Positions 41,868 through 55,519 of a DNA stretch of 64,000 nucleotides are shown in pieces (positions within the stretch are counted from its first letter, which is position 1; each line of letters opens with the position of its first letter). This stretch comes from Camelus dromedarius (lineage: Eukaryota): positions 75,270,001-75,334,000 of the forward strand of contig NC_087437.1 of NCBI RefSeq assembly GCF_036321535.1. Reading direction: 5' to 3'. Position numbers and translations under genes: made by a program. The notes under the pieces were generated by a model. It did no database searches. It was not told where the DNA came from and saw only the letters and a program-made list of their open reading frames with translations.

Positions 41868-42061
41868 CAGTGGTTCTCAAATGTGAGAGTCCATCAAAAT
41901 CACCTGGAGGGCTTGTTAAACTACAAAGTGCTGGGACCATGAGACCCATTTCCAGTTTCTGATCCAGAAGGTCTGGGATAGGTCTAAGAATTTCCGTTTC
42001 TAACATGTTCTCAGGTTATGCTAACGGTACTGATCTGGGGACCATACTTTGAAATTTACTG
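41868..42061. mobile_element. MER5A
   Basis: cagtggttctcaaa...aatcacctggagggcttgttaaa...ggaccatactttga. Confidence 0.9.
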
Positions 42062-44744
42062 TTTTACAGTATAAATGCTGTGTTGTCTTATTCCACACTT
42101 GTTTTGAGATAATAGACCCCAGTTGATGTCAGGTGCCATGAGGAGCCATATTACGTTAAATTTTGATAAAGTAGAAATGCTGAAGTGACTCAAATGTCAG
42201 GAGCACATTATCAAAAGTTGCCATCTCAAAAAGAAAATAGTGAAGTTTTCTCTTACCTTGGTTTGAAGATTTCTTGTACAAACCTCTTTAACAATTTGTA
42301 AAGAGAATAATTAATAATCAATATTTCTTACTATGTGACTTTGATAAAAATTAAGAGAAAAAATTAAACCAGTGTCTGGTTTAATAATAATTAAGTACTT
42401 TGCCTTTTCTGAACTAATGAAAGACCAAATGATTTTACTCTAGTTTTGGATGTCGTTGTTTTAATAGCATTGTTATCAGGCATTCTTCTAAGGATAAACC
42501 TATCGGAAGATAATGTATTATCAAATAGACTGGTCTAATTTTCTATTTGCCAGTTAAAATTAATTAATGCAGCTGACATCGTGTTTTATCATTACATGAG
42601 AGTTTTCTGAAGTGTCCTTTGATGATTACTATCATTCAGCTTTCTTAAAGGACCTAGGTGCCTCATTAGTATTGTTACTGAGCAGTGTGATTATTTCTGC
42701 AGCAGCTGGGGAAGGATTATATATTTCACTGGACTCCCTGGATTAATGATGAGAAATGCTCTGGTAGTGACCCATGAATAGAATGTAGGAGTGTTTCAAA
42801 AAGCTCTTTAAATTTACAGGCTTATCATTTTCAGAGTAAGTGGTTTTTGCCTGTTTGTTTTTTAATGCTTATAGTAAAAATGATCTTGGCTCTCCAACTA
42901 GTATCTCTCTTTACCACCAAATCTAGGAGTGCATGGTCTCTCTCATCTATAGTTTCAGCCCCACCCAGCAATCTGAGGTCAGTCTTGGCTTTGGTCAAGA
43001 GCCACTTAAAAACCCTGCAGGATGAGGCAGAGTGGTGGGACTTGCTGATGATCTAGCTCTAATCAGATACCGAGATCCCACTACTTAGGCTTTTGTCTTT
43101 CCATTAAATCCCACCTTTAAAAACAAATGCTAATAAATGTATTCCTGACCTGCCACCTGTGTTTTAGTTTTCTATATAGAACCCTAATTCCTCCACAATT
43201 GGAACCTTGTCTACTCCCCAGGTCTTGCAAGAAATACAGCCTGACTCCCACAGTCTGACTTCCTGCCCTGTGCTGTAAGGATTCAAGCATGTCTGCCACC
43301 TGCACGATCATCATAACCAACACCTGTGTAGGAGCTTACCTTTGACAAACCACTTCTTACCTTCTCTTCTTTGATCATCAAAAATATTCAGGTGAGCATG
43401 GTGGTAGTACTCCAATTTAATTTAATTACAGAGGCTCAGAAGAATAAAATAAATTGCCTGGGGTCCCCAAGCTAGTAAATAATCAACTATGATGGGAGAT
43501 TGGGTTCTCTGAACATAAATTCAGTAGTTGTTTTTAACCCTCCCTACATACCAGACGTCCCTGAAATTGTCACTTGCTTTCACCTGGACTTCTTTCTGCT
43601 GCTCGCTGTTCGGACCTCCTCTAGGGTATTCTACTCTCCAGATCAAACTTAGCCTTGCTCATTTCGCCTGTCCTGTTCAAAACTCATGAAAAAAAAAAAA
43701 GAAAGAAAAAAGCTCTTTAAAATGTTTTATAGTTTTGCTATATCTGAATTGAAGTAGTCACAAAAGATACATAATTTGAGATTAGGAAGAACGAATCATC
43801 CAAAACAAAAATTTATCTCCTAAACAAGGTTCTCTTCCTTTTGACTGCTGCCCTGAAATTGCTTATTCTAAGATGAGGGAAAAGCTTCCGCATCAAATCT
43901 GAGTTATTTTCCAGTTTTTCTCTCTTCACCTCTATGGCATCTAGAATTCCTTCCCTGTGATGCAGTTGTTTGGTCACATCTCAAGTCCACATCCTTGGGG
44001 GAGGGCTGTGGAAGAGTGGGGAGAAGCGGGTGAGGACTGGGACACAGAATATCTAAAAACAAATCCTGGCACCAGCTTGTTACTTTAGGGAAATTTCCTA
44101 CCCTTTCTGGACAGGGTGGGAATGGCCAAGGGCACTGGCATCTGGAGAGCGGACTGGCTGCTACCCCGAGGCAGATCAGGCCCCATGGAGTGACCCGTAA
44201 TACCTTCTTCTCAACAACATGGAGATAGTAGCTGCTCTCCTCACCTTCCTTCCAATTGAGACTCACTTAACTGTTTATGTAAAAAAAAAAAAAAAAAGCC
44301 ATGTAATTGAGAAAGTAATATTATTATTTTGTTTTTATATCACTATATATTCCAAGTGTTTCTGCGTGTTCCTTTATACTGAGAATCTTGATACTTAGAG
44401 ATGATAAGTAATTATTCCAAGGGTACAGAATTAGAGTAGAAATTGGAACCAAATTGCATATACACTTAGCCTCATTTTCCTCCATACACGTTTATTTTCA
44501 CCTTGGCCCTGGATTACAATCACTTGGAACCTAACTCCACTCACCCCCTCCTTTATTTCCACAAGCAATAGCTAGAGACTACTTGCACAAAAACATTTGT
44601 ATGGGTCTATCTTCTATTCAATGATCTGTGCGTGATGCTTTGAGAGACCAGAATCTCCCTGGGTAGGGGAAGTATCTTGCACTTAATAGAGATGGAAAAA
44701 AAAAAAATTGAAGAAAGAAGAGCCGGCTGCCTGAGGCTTATTGG

Positions 44745-45065
44745 CTCCACTGCTGAATACAAGAGCTACTAGCCACATGCAGTGATGAGCACTTGAAAAG
44801 GAATGTGTCCAAACTGAGATGTGTTATAAGGATAAAATGCACACCACATTAATACATGTGTATCTTCATATTAAAACAATGTAAAATTTCTCATTAATCA
44901 TTTTTAGATTGCCCGCATATTTTGGATATATGGATTTAAATAAAATACATTACCTGTTTAGTTAATAAAATTAATTTCACCTGTCTGTTTTTACCCTTTT
45001 AAATGTGGCCACCAGAAAATGTAAAACTACACATGCGGCTTGTGTTCTGCTGCTATTGGGCTACC
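44745..45065. mobile_element. MER33-like DNA transposon
   Basis: 'ctagccacatg...gagcacttgaaa...actgagatgtg...aaattaatttcacctgt...aatgtggcca'. Confidence 0.8.
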
Positions 45066-45829
45066 CTGGTCTTAGGCATTAGTTCACCACCTTCCATTTC
45101 CTAAGCTGCTTGTTTTATTCTTGGTGTCTTTGTGCATGTAATGTCCTCTACTTAAATCCATGTCTCTTCCTTCATAACTTGGTTTGTCACAAAGTTTGAC
45201 CCCAATCGATCAGCTTATACTTAATTAAAACCAAGCACCATTACAGTACTATCCTTCATACATCATGTGAATGATTCTTTTTTTACCTCTAAAAAAAAGA
45301 CACAATCGTCTCGAAATTTCAAAGATAATGCCTATTTTTTTACATTGTTCTAAGACACCTAGTGTAGCTCTGAGAGTGTACTGAAATGTGCTTGAATGCC
45401 ATCCTGCAGTCTTACAAAGTCATCAGCCTAAGAGACAGCCCCACTAATCCTTCCCTTCAAATGGACAAACTACCAGGGACACTAGGTGCTCCTTAGTAAC
45501 AACATGTAAATTAAAAAGAAAAAATTGTTTTCTTGCCTCTATTTTCATTATTCTTTTAGGTCAAAATCTCATTTCCCTGTTGAATTATTACAGTTACTTC
45601 CTGCCTGAAATCTTTGCTCCTAGTTTTCCCATCAATTCCATCCTGAATCTCATTATCCATTCAATCTTCCTAAAATACCACTATTTTCATATCAAATTTT
45701 GCTGGAAAGTCTAAAATGGCTTCTGATAGCCTAGAGCAATAATTCTCAATCTGTGCTTCACTGAACCACATGATTTTGCTCATTTAACATTAACAGTTCT
45801 TGAACCAGAGCAGCTATTTCTTGCTCTAT

Positions 45830-46700
45830 GTATCATGTTCAATCTTTCTTCTGTTTTCTTGAACATATGGAATACAGTTATAATAACTGTTATAATATTC
45901 TTATCTTGTAATTCTATCATCCATGTCATTTTTGGTCAGTTTTGATGGACTGATTTTTCTTCCAATTTTAAGCTGTATTTTCCTGCTTTTTTGAATGCCT
46001 GGTAATTTTTAATTGGATGCCAGAATTCTAGCTTGTTGGGTGCTGGACGTATTTGTATTACTATAAACATTTTTGAGCTTTGTTCTGGGTATGCAGTTAA
46101 GTTACCTGGAAACCTAGTCTTTCAATTCTGATTTTGAAGCTTTGTGGGGAAAAGTAACAGAGTGCTTAGTCTAGGGCACAACTTGTTAGCACGCTTCCTG
46201 ATTTCCCACGAAGTATGGGATTTTCCACTCTGGCTTGGGGAAACAGGAACTATTTCTGGTGAGCTCTGAGGATTGTCCTCTAATCCTTTTGGGTAGTTCT
46301 TTCTTTACACACCAAATGGATCACTACTCAGCTGAGGACTTGAGGGAGATCCTCTGTAGGTCTCCAGAGCTCTCTGAGCAGTGCTCCCCTTTCCGGTTCT
46401 CTGCTCTATGAACTCTAGCCACCTTGGCCACCTCAGACTCCCAGCTCCATCTCCTTAACTCAGGCAGGTTGCTAGGCTTAGTCTGAAAACTCCCTGAGCC
46501 CTGCTTGGCCTGGAAACTCTTAAGCAGTCACCTGGGGCTATGAGGGGGTCTCACCTTGTTTAAGTTTCATCTCTAAAGGATCATTGCCCTTTGTTGCTTA
46601 TTGGCTGATGACTAGAGAACCATTGTAGCACATCTTCTTAGTTGTTCTAGGTGAGATGATAAATCTACATTTCTCCATTTTGCTGAAGGCAGAAGATTCA
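45830..46700 (-). mobile_element. Old L1 5'-region fragment
   Basis: 'tgcctggtaatttttaattggatgccaga...ttttgagctttgttctggg...cagttaagttacctggaaa'. Confidence 0.7.
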
Positions 46701-47569
46701 ATCAAAAGGCTTATATCATAGTTTGTTTGAAAAATGTATTCAGCCCTTAAAAGAATATTTTTTAAAAAATAATTTTTTAAAAATCTAGCACAGAATCTAA
46801 ACTCCCTAGCCAGATAGCCAAAGCCTTCCACAATCTGCCCTCAGTCTAAATTTCAAATGTGTTGTCCTGTTGCAGGCAGAATGACTAAATACAACTTGCA
46901 GGTTTCTACTTCTTTATCCACAGGTTTCCCATCCTATCAACACAACTTTGTCTTCCTAGCTAACTTCCTTTTACCTGATCCACTATTTTGGTCTGGTAAT
47001 TTTAATTGCATTTACCTCATCTTACCATTAGGATCACATGCTCTTTTAGGATGGAAACTATCTCTGATATCTTTATATTTTTTTTCCCCAAAAGCTTAGC
47101 ACAAATACTGGGCAGTGGGGGACATTCCACATATGTTTGTAATTTGTCTAACAATGCTAAATAGCCTGACAGTAGGAGCCTGGAGTTTTATTCTTGCTTG
47201 TCTTAATTTGCAGCACACAAATGACTATATGACAGAATAAAAATAGGCTATGATGTAATTTCTGAGTAATCATGATATGACATTATAAATGTAGTCAGCC
47301 TACTTTTAAAAAATCCAGACAGATGGTAAAACATTCCGTGTGATTTTATTCTGCGTGCTCTGTGTCCAGTCCAACAACCCACAACTTCTCACTTCCCTGT
47401 TCTCAAACACCAAGAGTCACAGTGCTGAAATTTTCCACTATACCAGGTCTGTTATCTGTACCCCGTAGGATGGAGTATGTAATGTCACCTTCTCTATTTT
47501 CACTGACAACAAGCCTGCAGTAATCCTAATTATTTACTAAAAGTAGTTGTCTCTGGGAGCAGTCCAGAG

Positions 47570-47745
47570 ACAAGGAGCCAGCATGGTTAAGAACATGGCC
47601 TCTGGTGTCAGGCTGCCTGACTTTGCTCACTGATTCTGCTGGATATTAGCACTATGACCTTGTGCAGTCATCTCCCTCCCCAAGGCTCAATTCCTCCCCC
47701 TATGAAACAGGAGATGATAACACAGCACTCACAGTCTTGTTGGAA
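47570..47745 (+). mobile_element. MIR
   Basis: 'tggttaagaacatggcctctggtgtcaggctgcctg...tgaccttgtgca'. Confidence 0.7.
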
Positions 47746-48099
47746 CTTAGATCTTCCCACCCTACTCAGTGGGAGCTTAGTGCTTTGAATTGAGTTGAGA
47801 TATATGCTCTACCTCCTAAACTGGGTCATTGCTTTTTAAGGACAAAAGTCCTTACCATGTTGTTCGAAACCCATAGTAGTGACTGAGTGCAGAAAGAAAC
47901 AGCCATTATTCCCAATTTTAGTGTGTCTGTGAGCTCAACTTGTTTCACCATGAAGACTGTTGAAGGAAGTTTAAGATCCAGAGAAATTCATTATATGCCT
48001 ATCTATTAGTCTTGCTAGGATATGGCCATCTTTGATTAATGAGAAGCTGAATAAATTATACTTACATATGCTCCAATATAATTTCAGTTATTTTATAAT

Positions 48100-48325
48100 A
48101 ATAATAATTGTTGCCACTTATTAAATACCTTCTCTTTTCCATGTACAATTCTTAGGACTTTCTAGATGCTATTTTATTCAAAATAGAAACCTTATGATAT
48201 AGGCATAATACGAATGAGAAAACTAAGGCACAGGGAGAATAAAGAATTTGCCCAGTGTCACCTGGTTAGAACAGTCGGAATTCACACTCATGCAGCCTGA
48301 CCTCAGAGTCCACTACTTAAGCTCT
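48100..48325 (-). mobile_element. MIR
   Basis: 'atgagaaaactaaggcacagggag...tttgcccagtgtcac'. Confidence 0.75.
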
Positions 48326-48809
48326 AGGCTCTTCTGATAAACCAAAACAAGGTTTTGTCTATGGTGACATATTTGTCAAACTGCAGATTGGCCTCATGAC
48401 TGTAGACACTGAGAAGTTCAGAGACACAGTCAACACAAAATAGTAATCATGGAAATGCATTCTAGGTATTACTTGGAGGTGAGATAGGTAATGATTAAAA
48501 ATTATAGGGAATAACATAAATCGCCTCATAAAACATAGACTCTACAGCTGAGTCCTTCGCAGTGAGAGGTATTGAAGGATGTTTCCAACAGGCCTGTGCT
48601 GGGCAGGCTGCCCTGGGAAGGAAGCCTTGCCTTTCCAGGAGGAGCACTAGTATGTGCCATTGTCTAGGTCACCAGAGAAAGGTTAACTGAGCCTGGTCTT
48701 TAGGGCTGGTTGTGTAGGTTGGTCTAAGGAGCCTAGAGTAAGCCCTGGTGGCTTAACAGAATCTCCACACGTGCTTACTATTGTAGGAAATTCCTTCAGT
48801 CTAGCACAT

Positions 48810-48995
48810 TAGTTCTCAGAATGAGACCCCAGACCAGCAGCATCAAAATCATCTGGAAGCCTGTTGGATATGCAAATTCTCAGGCCCAATCCCAGACCTG
48901 CTGAAAGAGAAACTCTGGGGGTGGCTCAGAGCAATCTGTGTTCTAACAGACCCTCTAGATCATTTGGTAGATGCTAAATGTGAAGAACCACTTCT
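48810..48995. mobile_element. MER5A
   Basis: 'accagcagcatcaaaatcatctggaagc...atgcaaattctcaggccc...agaaactctgggggtgg'. Confidence 0.9.
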
Positions 48996-50869
48996 AGCAG
49001 GATACTTTTTGAACTTCCCCAATTAGAAATAAGAGTACTAAGATGTGAGAATGGAGTTGAGAGCTCTTCAAGATGAACTAGTCACAGACGAATGTAAGTG
49101 AGTTTCACCCACTGCATGTGATCTGTTCATATTCTTTTTGACTAAGACAAGTGCACCAGCTAAGTCCAGTCCTCACCTCTTTCCTCAGCCACATACATGA
49201 CTAATGTTCATATGGTCAAGGCTTAGGGCTCATGGCGTAAGTCAGATGGGCTATGTTTTATGACCAGGTGTCAGCTAGATGCTTCCACTGGAGAAAACAT
49301 ATGTGACTGAGTGCATGCAATATGTGTTAATGTATGGATAACTAAAAATCTGTTCTAATTTGTATTTTTAAATAAAAATCACTGGAAAACATGAGCATTC
49401 CAACTGCTATTCTATTTCAAATAATTTGTAATGGGTCTCAACACAGGGCTGTGAGGTTCTGCCCTAGAGCATAAGCCCCGGGAGGACAGAGACCTACCTT
49501 TTTCACCTGTGTTCGCCTCCTGACTGACACACAGCCCAATGCCCAGCCACCCAACAAGCAGACCAGGAGCTGGACTGACTAGAAATGAGTAGAAAGATCA
49601 GAGAATATTAACCTCACCAGTGAGAGAACAGATATAAGAGAAGGAAGCAGAACAGGAGAAAAATGTCAGACTTGACAACTTTGCCATCTTCAGTTAAATC
49701 TGAGGACTAATATGCCTCACAACTGCAAAATCTGATTTTCATGATTTATAATCTTAACATGTTGGTGGCATGAACTGATAAATAAAATGCTGCATGGAGA
49801 GTTTGTTTATTGAAGCATCACTGCCTAAGAGTCCAACTTTATTGGCCCATTTCATGCATTTGAGTTCAGTTTCGGTCATGAGGGGAAAGTCATCCTGTTG
49901 AATGACAGATGCAGTTTTCAGATAGTGGAATTGTAAATGAGAAGCTCAGCACCGGATATTTATTTCTTCTTTTTTTCTTACTATTACACATGATCAAAGA
50001 ATAAAATCAAAAGATACATGTCTGCCTATCCTATGACCCTAATTCTAACTCCCTGACAATTTCTTTAATAATACAGATATTTTATTTCAAAATTAGAGAC
50101 CTGATTTGCTCAAAAAGTCTGCATTATTTTTAATATATGGTCAATGGTGGTGAAATATATTTTGAAAATTATCGCTTAGGTTCAAAAGGCAACCAGATAA
50201 CAGACGCACATTATAAACCATGCTATCTGTGTTGCCTATCTTTACTTCTTAAAGATAAAAATTTATTACATTCTTTTGCAACATTCTTTTACATTTCTTG
50301 TGCAATCTTATTAAAAAATAAGCTAGACATGAAAGCATCTAAACAGACGTTACTCCTTTGAATCTAGCCACTCATTAAAGAACACCTAGCAATAAAAAAC
50401 AAACACCCAGCAGTTTTAACCCTTCTAGCTGGAATATGCTTCCCCCTACCAGTAGATTCTTTGTTTGATTTTTTTACCAGACTCACAAAGGAAGTTTCTA
50501 GATTCTTGAGAACATTGGGGAATTGATGAACCCAAGCAATGGATAGGAAAAAAAAGTCTCTTCATGCAGTGGTGCTGGGTCAGATCGGTTGATAGCAATT
50601 TTCCAAGTAAGTAGACATCAGCTGCTAAAATGTCTGTTCCACCTGGCTAGAGAAGAAAATGATGATTGGAGAGTGTCTGTGTTGAAAGAGAGAGGTTAGG
50701 GAAAGAAAATGAGCTCTGGAAAAATATTAGAAGTGAACCCATAAATCTGTTGATTCATCATTTATTTATCTATTTATTTAGAGTAGTAAAAGATGTATTT
50801 TCCCCCAAATCATTTAAAGTCTCTCAGCTGATTATTATTTTGAAGCTCTCGTGATGAGATTTCCCCCAT

Positions 50870-51330
50870 CTTCCAAAGTACATAAACCTCCAATTTTTTA
50901 GCTGAGCAGGAGGCCACCTGAAATAAAGACTGTTTTATAGTCTCTCTTCACTAGGGGCCAAGGAAATGTAAGCGTCCTTTGCAATTAAGTGTCATTAAAT
51001 TCTTCTTAATGTGATGTTAATGTGATGTAAATGGAAGTGGTGAGCAATTTCTGAGAAAAAAAATTTAAAGGGCTTGGCCCATCTTTCCTTTTTCTTTCTT
51101 CTGGGCTGGACTTGGACAAAATGGCTGGGTCTCCAACCAGATTTTGACTCATGAACTGACCTGAGGGGTGGAAGCCATGTGTGACAGAGCATCGAGAAAG
51201 AAGAAACTTGATCTCTTACACTGAGGTATACATACAAGCCCTGGACTAACTCCTTCTTAACTTCACTTTATGGCAGAAGTAAACTTCTGTCTTATTTAAG
51301 TCATTGTTATTTTGGAGTCTTCTGTTCCCA
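50870..51330 (+). mobile_element. MLT1-type MaLR LTR
   Basis: 'taaacttctgtcttatttaagtcattgttattttggagtcttctgtt' 3' end. Confidence 0.7.
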
Positions 51331-51419
51331 ACTTGTCCATTTGCAAAGGGCAATTTTGTTATTGTTGTTCTTCCCCTTGGCAACTAATACTAGGACTACC
51401 AAGAAATACTGGCTAAATA

Positions 51420-52330
51420 TAAACATTTATAATCCTCCAAGCCTAGATGAAAATACTGCTAGTTATAAAAAGAAAAGATAAATATATCTAACTATATCAA
51501 AATATAAGACAACTTTACCATAAACAAATTCAGGAGACGAAGGATATGATGAATTGAATTTATAATACAGATGCCAGACAGAGGGTTAGGACACAAAACT
51601 GACAAAGAACAATTGCAAATTGAAAAGAAAAAGCAAGTACCCCCACAGGAAAATAGACAAACAGACAGAATAAACAACTCCAATGACTGACAAGCTTTTG
51701 GAAAGATGCTCAAATTCTTTAATAGGCAGGAAAATGAAATTAAAGTTAAAATGAGATATTACTTTACACTTATTGGATTGTCAAAAATTAAAAAGACTGA
51801 GAATGCTGATTACTGTCAGTAATGCAGGAAAAAGAGTACTTTCATACATGGCTAGTGAAATTGTTAAGTATTACTGCCTTTGGAAAACAGTCTGGCAATA
51901 TCTATTAAAATTTTAGATGCATTTTCTTTGACTTAATATCTCACTCTGGGACACTTTCACAAAGAAATAAAACTATGGATAATGACACATGTACAATAAT
52001 GTCAATTGTAATATTTTTCATAATGGTTAAAAAAAAACTAGAAACTTCAGTAGGGGAATTGCTGAATAAATTATGGTACATCTACACCATGGAATATCAT
52101 ACAGCTATTAAAATGAGGAATTAGAGTTCCAGCAGTTGGCTTGGCAGGTTTTCGATGACATATTATTGAGTGAGGAAAGCAAGACCTAGAGACCCACATA
52201 TAATTGATCCCATATTGTTAAGTAGCCAATAGCAATGTGTGTTGTGTTTGCAGATCTGCATGAGCATTTAAGAATGGAGGAAAATATCAAAGGATGAATT
52301 CTATAAATTATTAACCTGAGTCATGTGTGG
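51420..52330 (+). mobile_element. L1ME-type fragment
   Basis: 'gctgaataaattatggtacatctacaccatggaatat...cagctattaaaa'. Confidence 0.8.
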
Positions 52331-52583
52331 GGTGCATGAAAGCAAGAAAAAAGACGTGAGTGGAAGGGTAAGAAAATGCAAGATCTGATATGTATTATGG
52401 CAAGAGGCCAAAAGCAAGCTCCCCCAAAAAAGGTGTATAATACATTTGACTTATTTATATGTTAAATTAATTATATATCTGTATGTGTGTAGTGCATATT
52501 ATATATACATATATATAAAGACATAGACCCATTATGGCCCTAATTTACACCCATACTGACTAGCATCTTATTTTAACTTTTTA

Positions 52584-52733
52584 AAAAAAATTATTTATTT
52601 ATTTACTTATTTTTTGTGGGGGGAGGTAATTCGGTTTACGTATTTATTTATTTAGAGGAGGTACTGAGGATTGAACCCAGGACCTTGTGGATGCTAAGCA
52701 AGCACTCCACCACTTGAGCTATACCTTTGCCCC
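52584..52733 (-). mobile_element. tRNA-derived SINE (Vic-1-like), long form
   Basis: 'gaggtactgaggattgaacccaggacctt...ccacttgagctatacc'. Perfect 17-bp TSD CTTATTTTAACTTTTTA at 52567 and 52734. Confidence 0.88.
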
Positions 52734-54934
52734 CTTATTTTAACTTTTTATTACACAAAAATGCATGCTTATTATAGGAAGATTAGAAAATATAGAGATG
52801 CAAAATAACTTTTTAAAGAATCCATAATCCCACCACCAGAGATAACCACTATTTTTTAAACACATAGAGTAATTTTTAAATATACTATGATACTTTTATA
52901 ACTCATCCTCATTTAAATACCACAAACTTCTTTATTAATTCTCCTTCTCGTAAGCTTATTTTATGACGAACATGAAACCATCACTTTACATCTACACATC
53001 AAGTCCTCTGACAAATGTGCTCATCCTCAAATCACACTGGTAGAACTGGGAAGGGAAGAAGCTGAGCACCCTGGAAGTGAGAGGATTTGATAGTTTTTTT
53101 GTTTGTTTGTTTGTTTGTTTCATCTTTCAAATCTGCAGCAAACTCCTTACTCCCTCTCTCCCTTGCTCCATTTGCCAACATGCTCTAATATCTTTTATGA
53201 TGTTGGCTCTTCTATCTGGGTTAAAAACAGAAAGAATAACTTGTTACAAATTGTGATTCAAAGCAACATCATGTGAATTATTTGGCTCTCAAATGGTTTA
53301 GTAACATCTGTGTAGTCAATGTTGCAAAACATTTTGTCTTCAGCAATTATTAGGGTAAGATTTGCCTTTTGGGTCTGTATATTTGAGTGCCTGATCAACT
53401 CAATTACATTTTAAGTAGAACAACTTATGGTCATCAATAGACAACAGATCTTCAAGTGGGTTTCTCTGTTGGAATATAGAGTTACTTTAATTTTATTGTA
53501 TAGTCAATTATGCGTGGAATTTGACCATTTGAATATAGCAGCTGTTGACAAAATTTAGCATTCATCTGTTTTGGTTTTTTTTTTTTTTTCTTTTTCTTAA
53601 GACAAGACTTATTTTACATGAAGGCCCTTGTCTTGATCCCCATTCTCTATTCAAGCCAGAGAATGAGTAACCCTGCCTCATGCTCCTGGGGTTAACATGA
53701 TGATGTCACAGGCGGCATTTGAATCTCCAGTGCTGTCCCACCTATTTACCTGGTAGATCAGTCAACTAACAAATGACAGCTAAGTCACATCAGCAGCTCC
53801 CTGATCCTGCCATTTCTTGGGATTTTTTTTTAAATAGATGGAACCAAAACATTTCCCCTCCCCCAAAACATACACCTCCTCTTGCTCCCCACCGCCTGCC
53901 TCTGAGTACAGGAACATGCCTCTCCTCCTGGACTATTCCCAATGGAAACAGGTTCATTGCTTTTAACAGCTGCCTCTTACTTATTCCAGATTAAACCCCT
54001 CTGAAAATCCAATCTTGTTAGTTTCGTCTGCATTTGGACATTTTGAATCCTTGGAGCTCCTTGACATTCAAGTTAAACTGTTTTGTCTGCTTTATCTGCA
54101 TTGATTCTTTTTTAAATGTCCAAACACAACAACACACCCTTTTTCTCAAGCCCTAAACACACATGAAAAACGGCTTCCAGTCTCTCAAAGGCCAAGTGGA
54201 CAGCTTCAGTGTCCATTTCCTACAGACTGAAAGCCAGCCAGGGTGATATTTCTCTTGCTTATTTCAAATTGCCTGGGATTCTGTGAGGTTATTGCTGACT
54301 GTCAGTTTACTCATTCTAATTAAATTGCATTCCTGTAAAAGGCAACAAGGATCATCTCAATTAGGGTGGCATATTGGCTCACTTTAGCATAACTGATTAG
54401 TTATAATTATGCAGCACTTGCTTCAGTATTTATTACTAGCCCATTTCTGCCCACAATACTGCTGTAATAGGCTTCAGCATAGGTGTCCCTCTTCTCTTTT
54501 TCTTCAGTGGAAAATGGTGAATTAATTGGTTTGGGGCAAGAGTTACACAGAACTGCCCCATCAGTGCTGGGAACTAATTGCAGGAACTGTTTCCCATAAC
54601 CCAGAAGAGTTCCACATTTTAACATCACTTCCCAAGTTATTTTAAGCATAGTTCAGAAAGTCTTTTGCCCCAGGGAGACATTTTCAGGTTCTGCAAAAGG
54701 CTTTCAAGTCCTGGAAAAGTGATTCAAAGCCGAGGACTTTGTCTAGCTGCTTCCCCCTTTATAGCAGTCAGTTAGCTGTTTGCTTCACCTAGAGACTGCA
54801 GTGAAAGAAAATTTCCTGGCAGTTGGAAGAAGCAAATAGCAATGTATTTCCTTGGATAGAAAGGATACTTTCTAGAATTACACTTTTGGAGGGAAGATAT
54901 TAAAGAACATGATCAGAATTATAAGCTAATAATT

Positions 54935-55150
54935 GTGTATCATAATGGTTACAAGAATAGATTCTGAAGCCTAAAATTCTAGGCTCCAATCTCATCTCCA
55001 AAAATTACTAGCTTATCACCTCTGCCTCTATTTCCTCATTTGTAAAGTGGGAATAATAAAAATACTTCCATATACTGTTGTTATGAGGCATATATGAATT
55101 CATATATGCAAAGTGCTTAGAACAGTGCTTGGAACATAGTAAATCATTAA
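54935..55150 (+). mobile_element. MIR
   Basis: 'tttcctcatttgtaaagtgggaataataa...aaagtgcttagaacagtgcttgg'. Confidence 0.8.
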
Positions 55151-55519
55151 TACGTATTCTCGATATTCTTAGAATGGCCTAAATAAATAGTAGACAACCA
55201 TTGTTAACTGTTACCTTGGCAATGTGGAAAATGTTGAGCTCCTTAACTTGATTGTTCAAAATCACTGGGAGAGATAGCATTAGAGCCCCAAACTCCAAAA
55301 TTGGTGCCACCAGGGAAGGAGGGGGTTGCTGTTTCTCTTATTAATATTGTCTAATCCTATTATGCAGCAAGCATTTAAAGAATGAGTTAAATTAGTCTGT
55401 GGATTTTGGTTGTAGAAATGGAATAGTTTTCTGGCATCTTACACCCTTGCCTCAGAGACATTTTGGGTGCCAAATCCAGATCCATGGGTTCAACTTCTCA
55501 AAAACCAGCAGACAAATTT

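Noticed and set aside
42250..42300. Minus-strand donor AAG|GTAAGA suggesting an antisense exon
   Set aside because: An isolated motif with no convincing acceptor or reading frame.
42615..42690. TGATGA ... CTGA as a possible C/D-box snoRNA
   Set aside because: No clear terminal stem, no host intron evident, no recognisable guide.
53094..53120. (GTTT)n and other short simple repeats, e.g. (TTTTG)n near 31200 and CA-rich 62100
   Set aside because: Ordinary microsatellites and poly-A/T tails; no spacers or array structure.
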